Shown here: piece after piece, positions 19,519 to 28,965 of the stretch
Numbering within the stretch: position 1 is the stretch's first letter
How the letters are laid out: the number at the start of each line of letters is the position of its first letter
Origin: an uncultured bacterium
GTDB taxonomy: Bacteria; Abyssobacteria; SURF-5
Reading direction: 5' to 3'
Assembly (NCBI GenBank): GCA_964607485.1
Contig: CAZSKP010000009.1
Span: 64,001 to 128,000, forward strand
DNA length: 64,000 nt
Made by a program: the position numbers and the translations under genes
Notes under the pieces: model-generated
Told to the model about the DNA's origin: nothing
Databases searched by the model: none
What the model saw: only the letters and a program-made list of their open reading frames with translations

Positions 19519-20826
19519 ATGACAGAAAGCAAATCCGCACCGTCCTCTTCGGTTGCGCCTCCGTCGGCACTGATGGCCCACACGACGCTGGGCATCCTCT
19601 TCATGATGAACCTCCTGAACTACATCGACCGGAGTGTTCTCAACGGGATGCTGCCGCTCATCAAGGACGAATGGGGCCTCTCCGACCGGTCGCTGGGGCT
19701 CCTCGTTTCGGCTTTTGCGGTCACCTACATGTTCGCCTCCCCGGTGTTCGGATGGATCGGCGACCGCTACGTGCGCAAGTGGATCGCCGGAGGGGCGGTG
19801 GCCGTCTGGAGCGTTGTGACGGCGGGCGCCGCGCTGTCACGCAGCTTCGCCCAACTGTTCGGGCTACGGCTGATCCTCGGCGTCGGCGAGGCTGGCTATG
19901 CCACCGTCGCGCCGACAATAATCACCGACCTCTACCCGCGCGAGAGCCGGTCGAGGATGCTCGCCTTCTTCTACGTCGCGATCCCCGTCGGCTACGCGCT
20001 CGGCTATATCCTCGGAGGAGAACTCGGCGTCAGATTCGGGTGGCGCGCAGCGTTTCTGATTGTCGGGCTCCCCGGGCTCCTCATGGCGCTCTCTATCCTG
20101 TTCGTCCGTGAGCCGGTCCGGGGCCAGAGCGAGGAGGTCGATGCCGAGCAACTATCGCAGTATCTGAACACGTCGCTCCCGCCATCGGCGTACCTTGAGC
20201 TTCTGCGCAACAAGTCGTACGTCTACGACACGATTGGGATGATACTGATGACGTTCGCGACGGGCGGGCTCGCCGCGTGGATGCCGACCTACTTCTACCG
20301 CATCAGAGGAATCGAACTCGAAAAAGCGGCCACGTACTTCGGCGCCGCGACGCTGGCCGCGGGCATTGTGGGCACGTTCTTCGGCGGCTGGCTCGCCGAC
20401 CGGCTCCAGCGCCGCTACAAGAGCGCGTACTTTATGGTGTCGGGCGTGGGCATGGTGCTGAGCGTCCCGTGCGCCTTCGTCGCCCTTTACGCAAAGACGC
20501 CGCTCGTCTACTGGATCGCGGTATTCTGGGCGGAGTTCTTCCTTTTCGTCAACACGGGGCCCGCGAACGCGATACTCATCAACGTCGTGATGCCGAAGAT
20601 GCGCGTCACGGCGTTCGCCATCAACATCTTTCTGATCCACGCGCTGGGCGATGTGCTGTCGCCGGGCATCGTGGGCTGGGTGTCGGACGCTACGAACCTG
20701 AACTTCGCGCTCATCTCGGTCCTTCCGGTCACGATGGTGCTGAGCGGGGTCTTCTATCTTGCGGGAATGCGCCACCTGGAGCCGGACACGCAACGGGTAA
20801 CGGAGAGAATCAAGGCGGCGCATTGA
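19519..20826 (+). CDS. MFS transporter, Spinster-like
   Basis: NLLNYIDR, GVGEAGYATVAPTII.DLYP, FYVAIPVG and IHALGDVLSP. Confidence 0.88.
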   Translation: MTESKSAPSSSVAPPSALMAHTTLGILFMMNLLNYIDRSVLNGMLPLIKDEWGLSDRSLGLLVSAFAVTYMFASPVFGWIGDRYVRKWIAGGAVAVWSVVTAGAALSRSFAQLFGLRLILGVGEAGYATVAPTIITDLYPRESRSRMLAFFYVAIPVGYALGYILGGELGVRFGWRAAFLIVGLPGLLMALSILFVREPVRGQSEEVDAEQLSQYLNTSLPPSAYLELLRNKSYVYDTIGMILMTFATGGLAAWMPTYFYRIRGIELEKAATYFGAATLAAGIVGTFFGGWLADRLQRRYKSAYFMVSGVGMVLSVPCAFVALYAKTPLVYWIAVFWAEFFLFVNTGPANAILINVVMPKMRVTAFAINIFLIHALGDVLSPGIVGWVSDATNLNFALISVLPVTMVLSGVFYLAGMRHLEPDTQRVTERIKAAH

Positions 20827-20906
20827 TTTCGGCTCTGCGTGGCGTATAATAGTGAAGATGGTTCCCGCGACCTACGCGGCTGCGACGCACGCGTGCTCGA
20901 GAGTGA

Positions 20907-21106
20907 GTCATTCCGACGCCGATCACATACACGTCTCTCATCGTATTCCCTCTCTCTCCGAACCTTCCTCTTCCTGGCCGTAGAGGGCTCACACCGCAGC
21001 TGGGACACTTCCGCCACTATGCTAGTACATTTAGCGGCTGAAATCAAGAATGGAAGACGAAAACTCGATCTGCAAACAACGATATTTGAACGGTCGGGTG
21101 GGTGGA
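20907..21106 (-). pseudogene. Copy 2 of the repeat: thiolase 5' remnant (MRDVYVIGVGMT) with its promoter
   Basis: First 12 residues are identical to the thiolase at 11864; similarity ends abruptly at about 20907. Confidence 0.85.
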
Positions 21107-21233
21107 AATTACACTCTGAAAAGGGCATAGGAGTGAAGGTTTGAGCAATATTCTCAAACTCTATCCCCTCCGCTTATGCTGCTGAATGGACATTGGCTCA
21201 TGGGAGTGTTGGTCCACAGTGCCAATAGCAGAC

Positions 21234-22364
21234 TTATTTCCCTTTTCGTTTTTCCAGCAAAGAGAGCTGGTAAATATCGCCGAATTTGTTTGCTAGCTTG
21301 AACACTTTTCCATTCAAGGGATTCCTAGAATAGAAATAAAGACCGCACGGCTCAAGGGAATCAATGAGACGCAGCTTCGTATAGTTGTCGATCAGGCTGT
21401 AGTGAACACGCTTGATATTATTTTTGATCGCATAGTCAAGCGAAGCTACAATTACGCGTTCGTAGGCAAAGCTCTTCCGGGAATGGTCACGGTTGAATCC
21501 TCCCAGGACTCCTCCCATATCCGAACCGCTGACCTGAAATGTATGGAACCCGGCAATCGTGCCATCTACACGGACGAGAATATGGAGATACTTGTTTGAG
21601 TTGAAAATGTCCGTTTCAAATATATTGTCCTCAAAGAATTTCTGGCAGGGAGTGTTGACTCTGCTGTGTTCAACTGAGCATTTAATACAGGCCTTTACCT
21701 GCTCTTTATCCGTATCCGACATCGGGCCTTGCTGAACCTCGCAAGCTGTGGATTCTTTTCTTCTGGACAGATTCTTCTTGAGACTTCGGTGTTCACCGAG
21801 ATATTCGGATATGTCTTTGTACCTTGTCGCATCAAGCAATGCTTCTGAGGGAGAGGGATACTTTACAAAGCCTTCAGTTTGATAGATATCATCATGGGCT
21901 GATGTGTCAACGATTGTAACCATATCCGCTTCTTTTTCATTCTTCAAATATCTTAGAATGGTCTTCATGATAACGTCTGCCATTTCCGGTTCCCGGTAAA
22001 AGAATGGCCTCGTAAGATTTGATGTGATTAAATTGCGAAAAGATAAATAGACGCAGTTATTGGCAAGTACTGATAGACCCCCAGCCAATTGTCTCAGAAA
22101 TGGGTTGTCTCTTAACGCTGAATAGGAAGACCGGAGATCAAATGGCTGGACCTTTACGAAAAGGCCAAGTCCTATTAACTCATCATCCCTACAAACCTTC
22201 AAATAGAAGAAGCCTACACGGGAAGTTGATCTTGCGACCCATTCACCGAAGAGATCCCAGACATTATCGGACAGTCCCTGCTGCTTGAGATGTAATGAGA
22301 ATACCTGCTTCTCTTGTTCTGTCAGTGCCGTCTCTTTTGTGCAGTATTCATTATTCATAGTCAT
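21234..22364 (-). CDS. Hypothetical protein, probable GNAT/FemAB-like fold; AT-richer than its surroundings
   Basis: 376-aa ORF; C-terminal VRVDGTIAGF...GG.N...YERVIVASLDYAIKNN pattern. Confidence 0.65.
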   Translation of the reverse strand: MTMNNEYCTKETALTEQEKQVFSLHLKQQGLSDNVWDLFGEWVARSTSRVGFFYLKVCRDDELIGLGLFVKVQPFDLRSSYSALRDNPFLRQLAGGLSVLANNCVYLSFRNLITSNLTRPFFYREPEMADVIMKTILRYLKNEKEADMVTIVDTSAHDDIYQTEGFVKYPSPSEALLDATRYKDISEYLGEHRSLKKNLSRRKESTACEVQQGPMSDTDKEQVKACIKCSVEHSRVNTPCQKFFEDNIFETDIFNSNKYLHILVRVDGTIAGFHTFQVSGSDMGGVLGGFNRDHSRKSFAYERVIVASLDYAIKNNIKRVHYSLIDNYTKLRLIDSLEPCGLYFYSRNPLNGKVFKLANKFGDIYQLSLLEKRKGK

Positions 22365-22470
22365 GCATCGCTCAAAAGGTAAAGCAGTGCAATTGGTGGA
22401 AGGCGTCTCGGCGCGTGCGAATGGTGCTTGCGGAGAAGTATATCAAAAGCCGGCGGTTTTTTCATGAAAA

Positions 22471-22535
22471 TGAGTTAAGAGTGGAAAACGAGAACCCGAG
22501 CTGCAAACGGCGATATGTGAGCGATCGGATGGGTG
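22471..22535. repeat. Third copy of a ~65-bp intergenic element
   Basis: AAGAGTGGAAAACGAGAACCCGAGCTGCAAACGGCGATATGTGAGCGATCGGATGGGTG aligns with about 21039-21104 and about 11970-12034. Confidence 0.75.
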
Positions 22536-22624
22536 ATGCCTTCACTCTAGAATACGAGAGGTCGGAACAGAATGAAGCTTCGGACGCCGAGCTGGTGTCT
22601 CCCTGGTGGGAGGCATAAAGAAAT

Positions 22625-23149
22625 TCAGAGAAGATACTCCATCACGAGGACATCGACGAACTCGTCTCTTATCCTGGCATGGCTCTTGAGGACGCCCATA
22701 TCCTCATACCCCATTTTTTTGTAAAATTCCAGCTTCTCTCTGTTAAAGGAGTAGGCGAAGAACATGAGCTTCCGGTAGCCTTTTTTCCTGGCGACCGTAT
22801 GCACTCTTCTGGCGAGCTTGTTTCCGATGCCTCGCCCACGAAAATCCTTCTCGACCCAGATGGAGGGCACACCTATGTGTGAATATACCTCCTCCGGTGA
22901 ATAAGGCTGCAAGGTGGTGAAGCCTATGACATACCCTCCAGAATCGGCCACAAGCACAGCTTCTCGATCGCTCAAGTTCCTGAACCAGGCAAGGCGCTCC
23001 CTGAGCGGGTGGGGAGTAATGTCCAGGACGGACTCGCGGTCAATGATGCCCTGGTTATGGATTTCGTTGATCTTTTGGACGTCCTGCATAACCGCTTCGC
23101 GAATGCGCAGTTTTTCGGGGCCATGTCTCACACGTTTCGATTGTGCCAT
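22625..23149 (-). CDS. GNAT N-acetyltransferase (phosphinothricin/ArsN-like)
   Basis: IREA...D...I.EIHNQGI, FRGRGIG motif A, FYKKMGY and VDVLVME. Confidence 0.85.
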   Translation of the reverse strand: MAQSKRVRHGPEKLRIREAVMQDVQKINEIHNQGIIDRESVLDITPHPLRERLAWFRNLSDREAVLVADSGGYVIGFTTLQPYSPEEVYSHIGVPSIWVEKDFRGRGIGNKLARRVHTVARKKGYRKLMFFAYSFNREKLEFYKKMGYEDMGVLKSHARIRDEFVDVLVMEYLL

Positions 23150-23205
23150 GTTCGCATCTCCTTAGAAGGATTTCTCCTCGACGATGGCTGGTAGCATGTT
23201 GCCCC

Positions 23206-23937
23206 TTAGACGCCTGCCGCCAACCTCTCGACCAAATAAGTATTGAGGCCGGCTCTCTTCACCTTCCTTGCAGTCTTGGACACGTCATATTCCAATCTAA
23301 AGAACTCGACAGTCATTTCACCGGAGTCGAAGATCCCGAAGCATGTCCGCGGGTCGCCGTCGCGAGGCTGGCCGAGCGCTCCGAAATTGATGAGATAACT
23401 GTTTTTCCTGTTAAGCGTGTGCTTCTCATAGTTCTGCAGATCGTGGTCTGAGCCTTGACGGACAAACAACGAGGGAAGATGGCTGTGTCCAAAGAAGCAA
23501 ATTTTGGCTGACATCCTGTCCATGATGGCAAATTGGCGCATCGAGTCCATCCAGTCAACTATGTAGTTATCGCGGTTCTCGGGCGAGCCATGCGCAAGCA
23601 AAATCGTCTTGTCCAATATCATTGTTCCCGGCAGGCTTCTCAGGTACTCGACATGTTTTGGCTCCAGCTTCTTTCTCGTCCAAAGCAATGCTTCCTTAGC
23701 TGCGGAGTTGAACCAATGGAGTCGCTCCAAGCCGCAGGCTGCGGCGTCGTGATTGCCCATTATCGACGCTATGTTCTCGCTCATGAATATCTCAACACAT
23801 TCGTTGGGATCTGCATTGTAGCCGACAATATCCCCCACGTGTACTGTGCAATCCACTCTCTGACGCTCTATTTCCTTCAGGACAATCTCAAGTGCCTCAA
23901 GATTGGAGTGGACATCGCATATGACTGCATAGCGCAC
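23206..23937 (-). CDS. Metallophosphoesterase family protein
   Basis: DVHSN, GDIVGY, GNHD, HGSP, GHSH and GQPRDGDP. Confidence 0.92.
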   Translation of the reverse strand: MRYAVICDVHSNLEALEIVLKEIERQRVDCTVHVGDIVGYNADPNECVEIFMSENIASIMGNHDAAACGLERLHWFNSAAKEALLWTRKKLEPKHVEYLRSLPGTMILDKTILLAHGSPENRDNYIVDWMDSMRQFAIMDRMSAKICFFGHSHLPSLFVRQGSDHDLQNYEKHTLNRKNSYLINFGALGQPRDGDPRTCFGIFDSGEMTVEFFRLEYDVSKTARKVKRAGLNTYLVERLAAGV

Positions 23938-24320
23938 TTGTGCTTCCCCTGCTTTCCTTTCATCCGGAGAGGAACAATCAAGGAGACTGTCTCTCCTGCA
24001 ATAGGACGAAAAGCTGCCGCTTCTCCGCGCGTTCGGAGAACGACAGCTTACAATAACCTTTCCCCTTCCAAAACCTCTGCACCATCTTATCCCCTCCCAG
24101 GGCGAGGTCTCGAAGCTGAGAAAGCCACGTACTAGTCTTATATCACAACGCGCCGAACATTTCCAGCGGCAAGTGAAACTTCGGCCCGGAAAAGCGAGTC
24201 TCCCCTAGAACATGTCCGCTGTTTTTGGCATCCTTACATAAAGATATGTAGGATGCAGAAAGGGTCAATTCGAGGAATTTGAGGAGCAGCAGGTGCTTTC
24301 GACATAAGGAGGAATCGGCC

Positions 24321-24866
24321 ATGAAAGTGTTAACTTCGTTAGTGGCTATAGCTGTTGTGTTGAGCATGATTCTGACCGTACAGGCCTTCACCTCTCAGAG
24401 CGAAGCGGTGGCGTGGGGCTTGCCCCCGGGATTCAACCCGGAGACGGGGAAAATCGGGATGACGACCGAAGCGCCGGGTGTGTGCAAGGCGAGCAAGCTC
24501 GTCGGAATGACCGTGAAGAGTGCCTGGGGCGAACGGTTTGGGTCGGTCGAGGAAGTCGCGTTTGCCGACAACGGAGCAATCAAGTACCTGCTCGTGGACC
24601 GCGGAGACAAGGCCAAAAGCAATGAACGCCTCGTTCCGGTTCCCTGGAAGACCGCGGAAGCGGGAATCAGAGGAGACAGGCTTATCCTCGGCATGAGCAA
24701 GGACAGATTCGAAAAGGCTCCGAGCTTCGCGATGGGCGACCGGGAAAAGCTCGCCGACCCCGCATGGAATAAGAAAGTCCACAGCTATTACGAATCCGAA
24801 GAGATGAAAGGAGCGCGGCACGACCGTACCGAACGAGCGCAAATGTGTGCTCGGTACGAAAGGTAA
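24321..24866 (+). CDS. Exported PRC-barrel domain protein
   Basis: AGGAGG RBS, signal peptide, ASKLVGMTV...GE..G.VEE and LVPVPW. Confidence 0.85.
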   Translation: MKVLTSLVAIAVVLSMILTVQAFTSQSEAVAWGLPPGFNPETGKIGMTTEAPGVCKASKLVGMTVKSAWGERFGSVEEVAFADNGAIKYLLVDRGDKAKSNERLVPVPWKTAEAGIRGDRLILGMSKDRFEKAPSFAMGDREKLADPAWNKKVHSYYESEEMKGARHDRTERAQMCARYER

Positions 24867-24892
24867 CTACTGAGCCGAATCAAGACGCAACG

Positions 24893-24947
24893 GGGGCTTG
24901 GCGCCGATTTCGCTATCGAACCGGTGGTGGGAGAAGCGCCGAGCCCC
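24893..24947 (+). terminator. GC-rich hairpin downstream of the PRC gene
   Basis: GGGGCTTGGCGC pairs with GCGCCGAGCCCC and is followed by TCTTGTTT. Confidence 0.4.
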
Positions 24948-25004
24948 TCTTGTTTCTGCCTCGATTGTGTTCGCGGAACCCCTGAGACGGACTGAGTTTC
25001 CGTG

Positions 25005-25033
25005 TTGCAGATTTCCCGCCAAAATGGTATGAT
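25005..25033 (+). promoter_or_regulatory. Sigma70-type promoter directly before dxr
   Basis: TTGCAG-N17-TATGAT with an extended TG, ending 6 nt before the ATG. Confidence 0.6.
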
Positions 25034-25039
25034 TAAGCG

Positions 25040-26197
25040 ATGAAAAAGGGGGTTACAATCCTTGGCGCAACCGGTTCCGTCGGCAGAAACGCCCTCGCGG
25101 TGATCGATTCGCTCTCCGAGCAGTTCGAGGTTGTCGGGCTGACTGCCCGCTCAAACGCGCCCTTGCTTCGGGAGCTCATCGAGCGGTTTCGCCCGCGCTA
25201 TGCGGCACTGGTAGACGAGGAAAAGGCGGCGGCCCTCAGGTCGAGCTGTCCCAAGGACACTCAGGTGCTCGGCGGACTCGAAGGCGTGCTCACCGTGGCG
25301 GCGGCGCCCGAGGCGCAGATTGTCCTTTCGGCAATCGTCGGCGCTGCGGGGCTTCGGCCGGTGCTGGCGGCCATCCGGCAAGGGAAAACCATCGCGCTCG
25401 CCAACAAGGAGCCGCTGGTGATGGCGGGCGCCATCATCACATCGCTCGCCGACGAGTTCAACGCCCCTTTGATACCGGTGGACAGCGAGCACAGCGCCAT
25501 ATTCCAATGTCTGTGCGGAAACAGAAATCAGAAGATTCACAAGATAGTCCTCACCGCTTCGGGCGGGCCGTTTTACGGCATGAGCATCGATGCGCTCGAA
25601 AACGTGACGCCGGAACAGGCGCTCGAACACCCGACGTGGAGCATGGGCGCGAAGATAAGCGTGGACTCCGCCACGTTGATGAACAAGGGTTTGGAAGTCA
25701 TCGAAGCGCACTGGCTGTTCGGAGTTGACGTCGAAAACATCGAGGTCGTCATCCATCCCGGCAGCGTGGTTCATTCGATGGTCGAATTCATAGACGGCTC
25801 GATAATCGCTCAACTGGGCCGGAGCGACATGAGGCTGCCCATTCAGTACGCCCTCACCTATCCGGACCGGATGGAATGCAAGATGGAACGACTCAACATA
25901 ACCGAAGTTTCGCCCATCGAGTTCTTCCCGCCGTCGCTCGAAAAGTTCCCGTGTCTCAGGCTTGCCTACGAGGCGGCGAAGATGGGAGGCACGATGCCGG
26001 CCGTCCTGAACGCGGCCAACGAGGTGGCGGTGGATGAGTTTCTTAAGCGCAGGCTGCGCTTTTGCGACATACCGGCCGTCATAGAGCACGTGATGAGCGA
26101 GCATCTGCCCGTGTCCGAGCCCGCTCTGGACGACATCCTGGCCGCGGATGGGTGGGCGCGCGAAAGCGCGAAGGCCTGCCAAAGGAGTTATCAGTGA
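25040..26197 (+). CDS. dxr: 1-deoxy-D-xylulose-5-phosphate reductoisomerase
   Basis: LGATGSVG, LANKE, PVDSEH, TASGGPF, HPTWSMG and NKGLEVIEA. Confidence 0.97.
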   Translation: MKKGVTILGATGSVGRNALAVIDSLSEQFEVVGLTARSNAPLLRELIERFRPRYAALVDEEKAAALRSSCPKDTQVLGGLEGVLTVAAAPEAQIVLSAIVGAAGLRPVLAAIRQGKTIALANKEPLVMAGAIITSLADEFNAPLIPVDSEHSAIFQCLCGNRNQKIHKIVLTASGGPFYGMSIDALENVTPEQALEHPTWSMGAKISVDSATLMNKGLEVIEAHWLFGVDVENIEVVIHPGSVVHSMVEFIDGSIIAQLGRSDMRLPIQYALTYPDRMECKMERLNITEVSPIEFFPPSLEKFPCLRLAYEAAKMGGTMPAVLNAANEVAVDEFLKRRLRFCDIPAVIEHVMSEHLPVSEPALDDILAADGWARESAKACQRSYQ

Positions 26198-27846
26198 CAC
26201 ACGCTTCAGCCGCGTTTGAGTTCATGATCGGCCTCGGCCGCCTGTTGATTTTGCTCGGCGTGCTCGTGTTCGTTCACGAACTCGGCCACTTCCTGGCCGC
26301 CAAGCTGTGCAACGTGTACGTCGTGAGGCTTTCGCTCGGGTTCGGCAGGAGACTGTTCGGTTTCAAGAGGGGAGAGACCGACTACTGCATCTCGGCCATC
26401 CCGCTGGGAGGCTACGTGAAGATGGTGGGCCAGGAGGACATGCCGAGGAGCGCCGAGGAAACGGAACAGGCCGAGCCGGACCTGCCCGACATCCCTCCGG
26501 AAAGACGCTTCGACACCCAGCCGACTCGGAACAAGCTGGCCATCAGCTTCGCCGGCCCGCTCATGAACCTGCTGTTCGCCGTTCCCGTCCTGTGGGTGGT
26601 CTTCATGATTGGCATCCACGTGCCCATATTCGGCCAGTACACACGCATCGGCGCGGTCACCGAAGGCTCGCCGGCTGAACGGGCGGGCATCAAGGCCGGC
26701 CAGCGCGTGGTTTCGATTAACGGCGTCCCGGTCAGCAAATGGGAACAGGTCCAACTGAAGGTATTGACCAATGAAGGTAAGCCGCTCGAGCTGGAACTGG
26801 AAGACTTCTCGGGCGAGATAACCCATGCGACTGTCACGCCTACACGCATGGACGATTCGACGAGGGCATCGATCGGCATCGAACCCTTCGTTACCGTGGC
26901 CATAAGGAACGTCGTGCCCGGCATGCCTGCCGCACGGAGCGGCCTCAAGCCGGGCGACGTCGTCCTCACCTATGATCATCAGACGCCGGATAACGAAAGC
27001 ATGAGCTTGAGCAAGCTCATCGGGAAGGTGAACGAAAGCGCCGGCAAGCCGCTTGTGCTGACGGTTCTCAGGGACGGCCGAACGCTCGATGCGACGGTTG
27101 TCCCCGAAAGCGTGAGCGTGATAGACGGCGTGGAATTCAACAACAATGTCGTTGCATATGTGGAGAAAGACGAAGCCGGTCCGGCGGCCTCGCTCCTGAA
27201 GCCGGAAGATGTCGTCACCGCAATCAACGGCGAACCGTTGCGAGAACACACCGCGGATTCGCTCACCAGAAGACTATTCAAGGATAAGGCCGACACGGTC
27301 GCGCTTACAGTCGAGAGGGATGTCGGATTCTTCCACGAGCTGGAGAGACTGAACGTCACCGTTCCGCTGACCCGGAAGGGCATGATCGGCGTCGCCTTCT
27401 CTCCGCTCGTGACGGAGAAGTTCGGGCCTGGCAGGGCGTTCATTAAGGGTCTGGGCGCGTTCGGCGATTCCTTCATGCTCGTACTGAAGACGATCTATTA
27501 TCTCGCCTCGGGGAAAGTAAGCACGAGGGAAATGGCGGGTCCCATAGGCATTGGCGTCCTGACCGAGCAAACCCTGAAACTGGGAATCGGCTACTACCTC
27601 AACTTCGTGGCGTTCATCACGATAAACCTTGCGATACTGAACCTGCTGCCCATACCCATATTGGACGGCGGGCTGATTCTCATTACGCTCATCGAGCTGG
27701 TGCGCCGCCGGCCGCTCGACGAGAAGTACGTCATCCTGCTCCAAAAGGTTGGGCTTGCCTTCATTTTGTTGCTGGTGCTGGTTGCCACTTATAACGACAT
27801 ACTCAGAGCCATCAAGTACTTCCTAGGTGGCGAATTCATAGAATAA
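26194..27846 (+). CDS. rseP: RIP metalloprotease RseP with several PDZ domains
   Basis: HELGH, PLGGYV and NLLPIPILDGG; start GTG 26194 or ATG 26224. Confidence 0.95.
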   Translation: MTHASAAFEFMIGLGRLLILLGVLVFVHELGHFLAAKLCNVYVVRLSLGFGRRLFGFKRGETDYCISAIPLGGYVKMVGQEDMPRSAEETEQAEPDLPDIPPERRFDTQPTRNKLAISFAGPLMNLLFAVPVLWVVFMIGIHVPIFGQYTRIGAVTEGSPAERAGIKAGQRVVSINGVPVSKWEQVQLKVLTNEGKPLELELEDFSGEITHATVTPTRMDDSTRASIGIEPFVTVAIRNVVPGMPAARSGLKPGDVVLTYDHQTPDNESMSLSKLIGKVNESAGKPLVLTVLRDGRTLDATVVPESVSVIDGVEFNNNVVAYVEKDEAGPAASLLKPEDVVTAINGEPLREHTADSLTRRLFKDKADTVALTVERDVGFFHELERLNVTVPLTRKGMIGVAFSPLVTEKFGPGRAFIKGLGAFGDSFMLVLKTIYYLASGKVSTREMAGPIGIGVLTEQTLKLGIGYYLNFVAFITINLAILNLLPIPILDGGLILITLIELVRRRPLDEKYVILLQKVGLAFILLLVLVATYNDILRAIKYFLGGEFIE

Positions 27847-27879
27847 CCGGTTCGACCTCATTCCCCGGATGCGAGAAAA

Positions 27880-28965
27880 ATGAAGCGAAGAAGAACGCGA
27901 ACGGTTTACCTCGGCAACGTGCCCGTCGGCAGCGGTCATCCTATCTCGATTCAATCGATGACCAAAACCGACACGCGCGATGCCGTCGCGACCGTCAACC
28001 AGATAAGAAGGCTCGAACAGGTGGGATGCGAAATCGTGCGAGTCGCCGTGCCCGACCTAGAGGCGGCCGACGCCCTGAAGGTTATCAAGAGCCGCATCTC
28101 GATCCCTCTCGTGGCCGACGTGCATTTCAACTATCGGCTCGCGCTCAAGGCGATGGAGCATGGGGCCGACGGCCTGCGCATCAATCCCGGCAACATAGGC
28201 GCGCGCGCGAACGTCGAGAAGGTCGTCAGGGCCGCCGCCGCGTCGAACGTGCCCATCAGGATCGGCGTCAACTCGGGCTCAATCGAAAAAGAGTTCCGAA
28301 AGCTCGTCAAGGGAGAGGGCAGGCAACTGATCGAAACGACCGCGCAGGCGATGGCGCAGAGCGCGCTCAAACACATCGCGATACTCGAAAAGATGAAGTT
28401 CCACGACATAAAGGTTTCGCTCAAGGCGTCCGACGTGCCCACGACCCTGCTCGCCCACAAGCTTCTCGCGCGCGAATGCGATTACCCGTTCCACATCGGA
28501 ATTACCGAGGCGGGCACGCTGCTGACCGGCGCGGTCAAGTCGGCCATCGGCATCGCCCTGCTGCTCTCGAAAGGCTACGGCGACACCGTGCGCGTCTCCC
28601 TCAGCGCTCCGCCCGAGCGCGAGGTGATGGTGGCGCGCACCATCCTCCGCTCGCTCGGCCTGCGCGAGCGGGGGGCGGAGGTCATAAGCTGTCCCACCTG
28701 CGGACGCTGCACCATAGACGTCGAGGGCATCGCGTCCGAGCTCGAGCAACGGCTCTCGGACGTCGAGGCCGCCATCAGCGTGGCCGTCATGGGATGCGCC
28801 GTCAACGGGCCCGGCGAGGCGGCGCGGGCGGATTACGGCGTCGCGGGCGGACGCGGCAAGGGCGTCATCTTCCGTCACGGAAAGATAGTGTGCAGGAATA
28901 TCGAAGAATCGAATATAATAGAAACTCTTATCGCTCACATAGCTGAACTGAGGGAACCCGATTGA
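27880..28965 (+). CDS. ispG: HMBPP synthase
   Basis: IQSMT, RINPGN, RIGVNSGS, CPTCGR and GCAVNGPGE. Confidence 0.97.
   Translation: MKRRRTRTVYLGNVPVGSGHPISIQSMTKTDTRDAVATVNQIRRLEQVGCEIVRVAVPDLEAADALKVIKSRISIPLVADVHFNYRLALKAMEHGADGLRINPGNIGARANVEKVVRAAAASNVPIRIGVNSGSIEKEFRKLVKGEGRQLIETTAQAMAQSALKHIAILEKMKFHDIKVSLKASDVPTTLLAHKLLARECDYPFHIGITEAGTLLTGAVKSAIGIALLLSKGYGDTVRVSLSAPPEREVMVARTILRSLGLRERGAEVISCPTCGRCTIDVEGIASELEQRLSDVEAAISVAVMGCAVNGPGEAARADYGVAGGRGKGVIFRHGKIVCRNIEESNIIETLIAHIAELREPD

Noticed and set aside
11970-22535. Three-copy repeat as a CRISPR array or integron attC sites
   Set aside because: Spacing is on the kb scale, no cas or integrase gene is present, and I see no attC core/inverse-core structure
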